This document shows positions 62,483 to 64,000 of a DNA stretch of 64,000 nucleotides, one piece after another. The DNA is taken from positions 23,622,001 to 23,686,000 of the forward strand of contig OZ024750.1 of NCBI GenBank assembly GCA_964016885.1, in the 5' to 3' direction. Each line of letters begins with the position of its first letter. Position 1 is the stretch's first letter. The stretch is from Eledone cirrhosa (Eukaryota). The notes under the pieces are model-generated. The model ran no database searches. It saw only the letters and a program-made list of their open reading frames with translations, and was not told the DNA's origin. Position numbers and translations under genes: made by a program.

Positions 62483-62918
62483 ATATATAATTATGTTGGA
62501 AATATTGAACTTGCATATATATATATATATATAGACAGTTGATCGACTTTCATCAAATCAGACCGAGGAATTCTCTCACCTCTTTCTGTTCAAATTGGCC
62601 ATAACTGGCCACTCATACTGATGTTAAGATATTGTTCTCAAAATAAATAATATCCAAATCTCATAGATCCGATATTATGTAAAGTAAAGCCTTTATTGTG
62701 AAAATACAATAGTATATATAGAGTAATGTAAATGCTAAAGGGATAATGACAGGGGCCCCAGTTTGATTAGGAAAAAAACATCTTACACCTACATAGGTTT
62801 AGCTGGCTTCCTACAAGGTTGCATTTCTCAGGAGGCTCCTCAGGTGTTTTAATGATAGCAACACTAGTCCTATTATGAAAAGCAACATGAAATAAAGTCT
62901 CTTCCTTAAGAACAGAAT

Positions 62919-62958
<40 letters not shown>

Positions 62959-63194
62959 CCAGCCTAGGAATCGAACCCACCACTTTATAATCCTGAGTCC
63001 CAAACCCTAAACATTAGGCCACACACTTTCACTATAATTAATATATCTGCTATTGATTTTTACCAGCTATTGAACCCCACTCTCCCTCCACATTCCTTTT
63101 TACTATTTTCAAAAGAAATCAATTATTGAACTGACTTGAATGGACGCCTTTGAGTGAACCTGCAATTCTCACTTGTATTGACCTAATTTGGTAT

Positions 63195-63930
63195 GTGTAT
63201 GTCACTGTGTGTGTGTGTGTGTGAGTGGCTGGATGCGTGAGCATTTGTGTGTATGTGTGTGTGTGTGACTGAGTAAGTGTAACAAGGTATGTGTGCGTGT
63301 GAGTGACTGGGTGTATGCGTGAGCATTTGTGTGTGTGTGACTGAGTAAGTGTGACAAGGTATGTGTGTGTGTGAGTGACTGGATGTATGCGTGATCATTA
63401 GTGTGTGTGTGTGCGGGTGTGTGTGTGTGACTGAGTAAGTGTGACAAGGTATGTGTGTGTGAGTGACTGGATGTATGCGTGATCATTAGTGTGTGTGTGT
63501 GCGGCGGGTGTGTGTGTGTGACTGAGTAAGTGTGACAAGGTATGTGTGTGTGTGAGTGACTGGATGTATGCGTGATCATTAGTGTGTGTGTGTGTGCGGG
63601 TGTGTGTGTGTGACTGAGTAAGTGTGACAAGGTATGTGTGTGTGAGTGACTGGATGTATGCGTGATCATTAGTGTGTGTGTGTGCGGCGGGTGTGTGTGT
63701 GTGACTGAGTAAGTGTGACAAGGTATGTGTGTGTGTCAGTGACTGGATGTATGCGTGAGCATTTGTGTGTGTGTGTGCGGGTGTGTGTGTGTGAGACAAG
63801 GTATGTGTGTGAGTGACTGGATGTATGCATGAGCATTAGTGTGTGTGTGACTGGATGTATGCATGTCTGAATGGGTGTGCATGAGTATGTATGAGTGAGT
63901 GTGTATTTGTATGTTTGAGCATTTGTATGA

Positions 63931-63994
<64 letters not shown>

Positions 63995-64000
63995 GCGTGT
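63195..64000. repeat. ~90-bp (GT)n-containing tandem repeat followed by a (GT)n microsatellite
   Basis: ctgagtaagt at 63341, 63431, 63522, 63615 and 63705; alternating gcgggt and gcggcgggt variants. Confidence 0.9.

Overview
AT-rich, microsatellite-dense eukaryotic DNA, most likely a coleoid cephalopod (Octopus-like, inferred from the SINE families and the (TA)n density). The only host gene I can support is the 5' part of a RABGAP1/RABGAP1L (TBC1D11-type Rab GAP) orthologue on the minus strand. Four coding exons (55438-55132, 6413-6209, 2809-2626, 1661-1402) splice in frame to about 318 codons: an N-terminal low-complexity region, a PTB domain and the start of the kinesin-like/DUF3694 region. 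The gene continues past the left edge. A 48.7-kb first coding intron fills most of the window. It holds RTE and R4/Dong LINE fragments, three tRNA-derived SINE families, TTAA-flanked piggyBac-like MITEs, hAT/Tc1/Helitron-like relics, minisatellites and very large (TA/CA)n arrays. All long ORFs in the track except the RTE fragment are microsatellite artefacts. The main observations are: a CORE-type SINE whose 3' tail is the last codons of an RTE LINE present in the window; repeated seeding of tandem arrays from SINE-internal modules; a SINE insertion hotspot inside one MITE family; and kb-scale duplications hidden inside microsatellites. All alignments and translations were done by eye, and family names come from recall and need database confirmation. 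I found no clear new protein-coding system.
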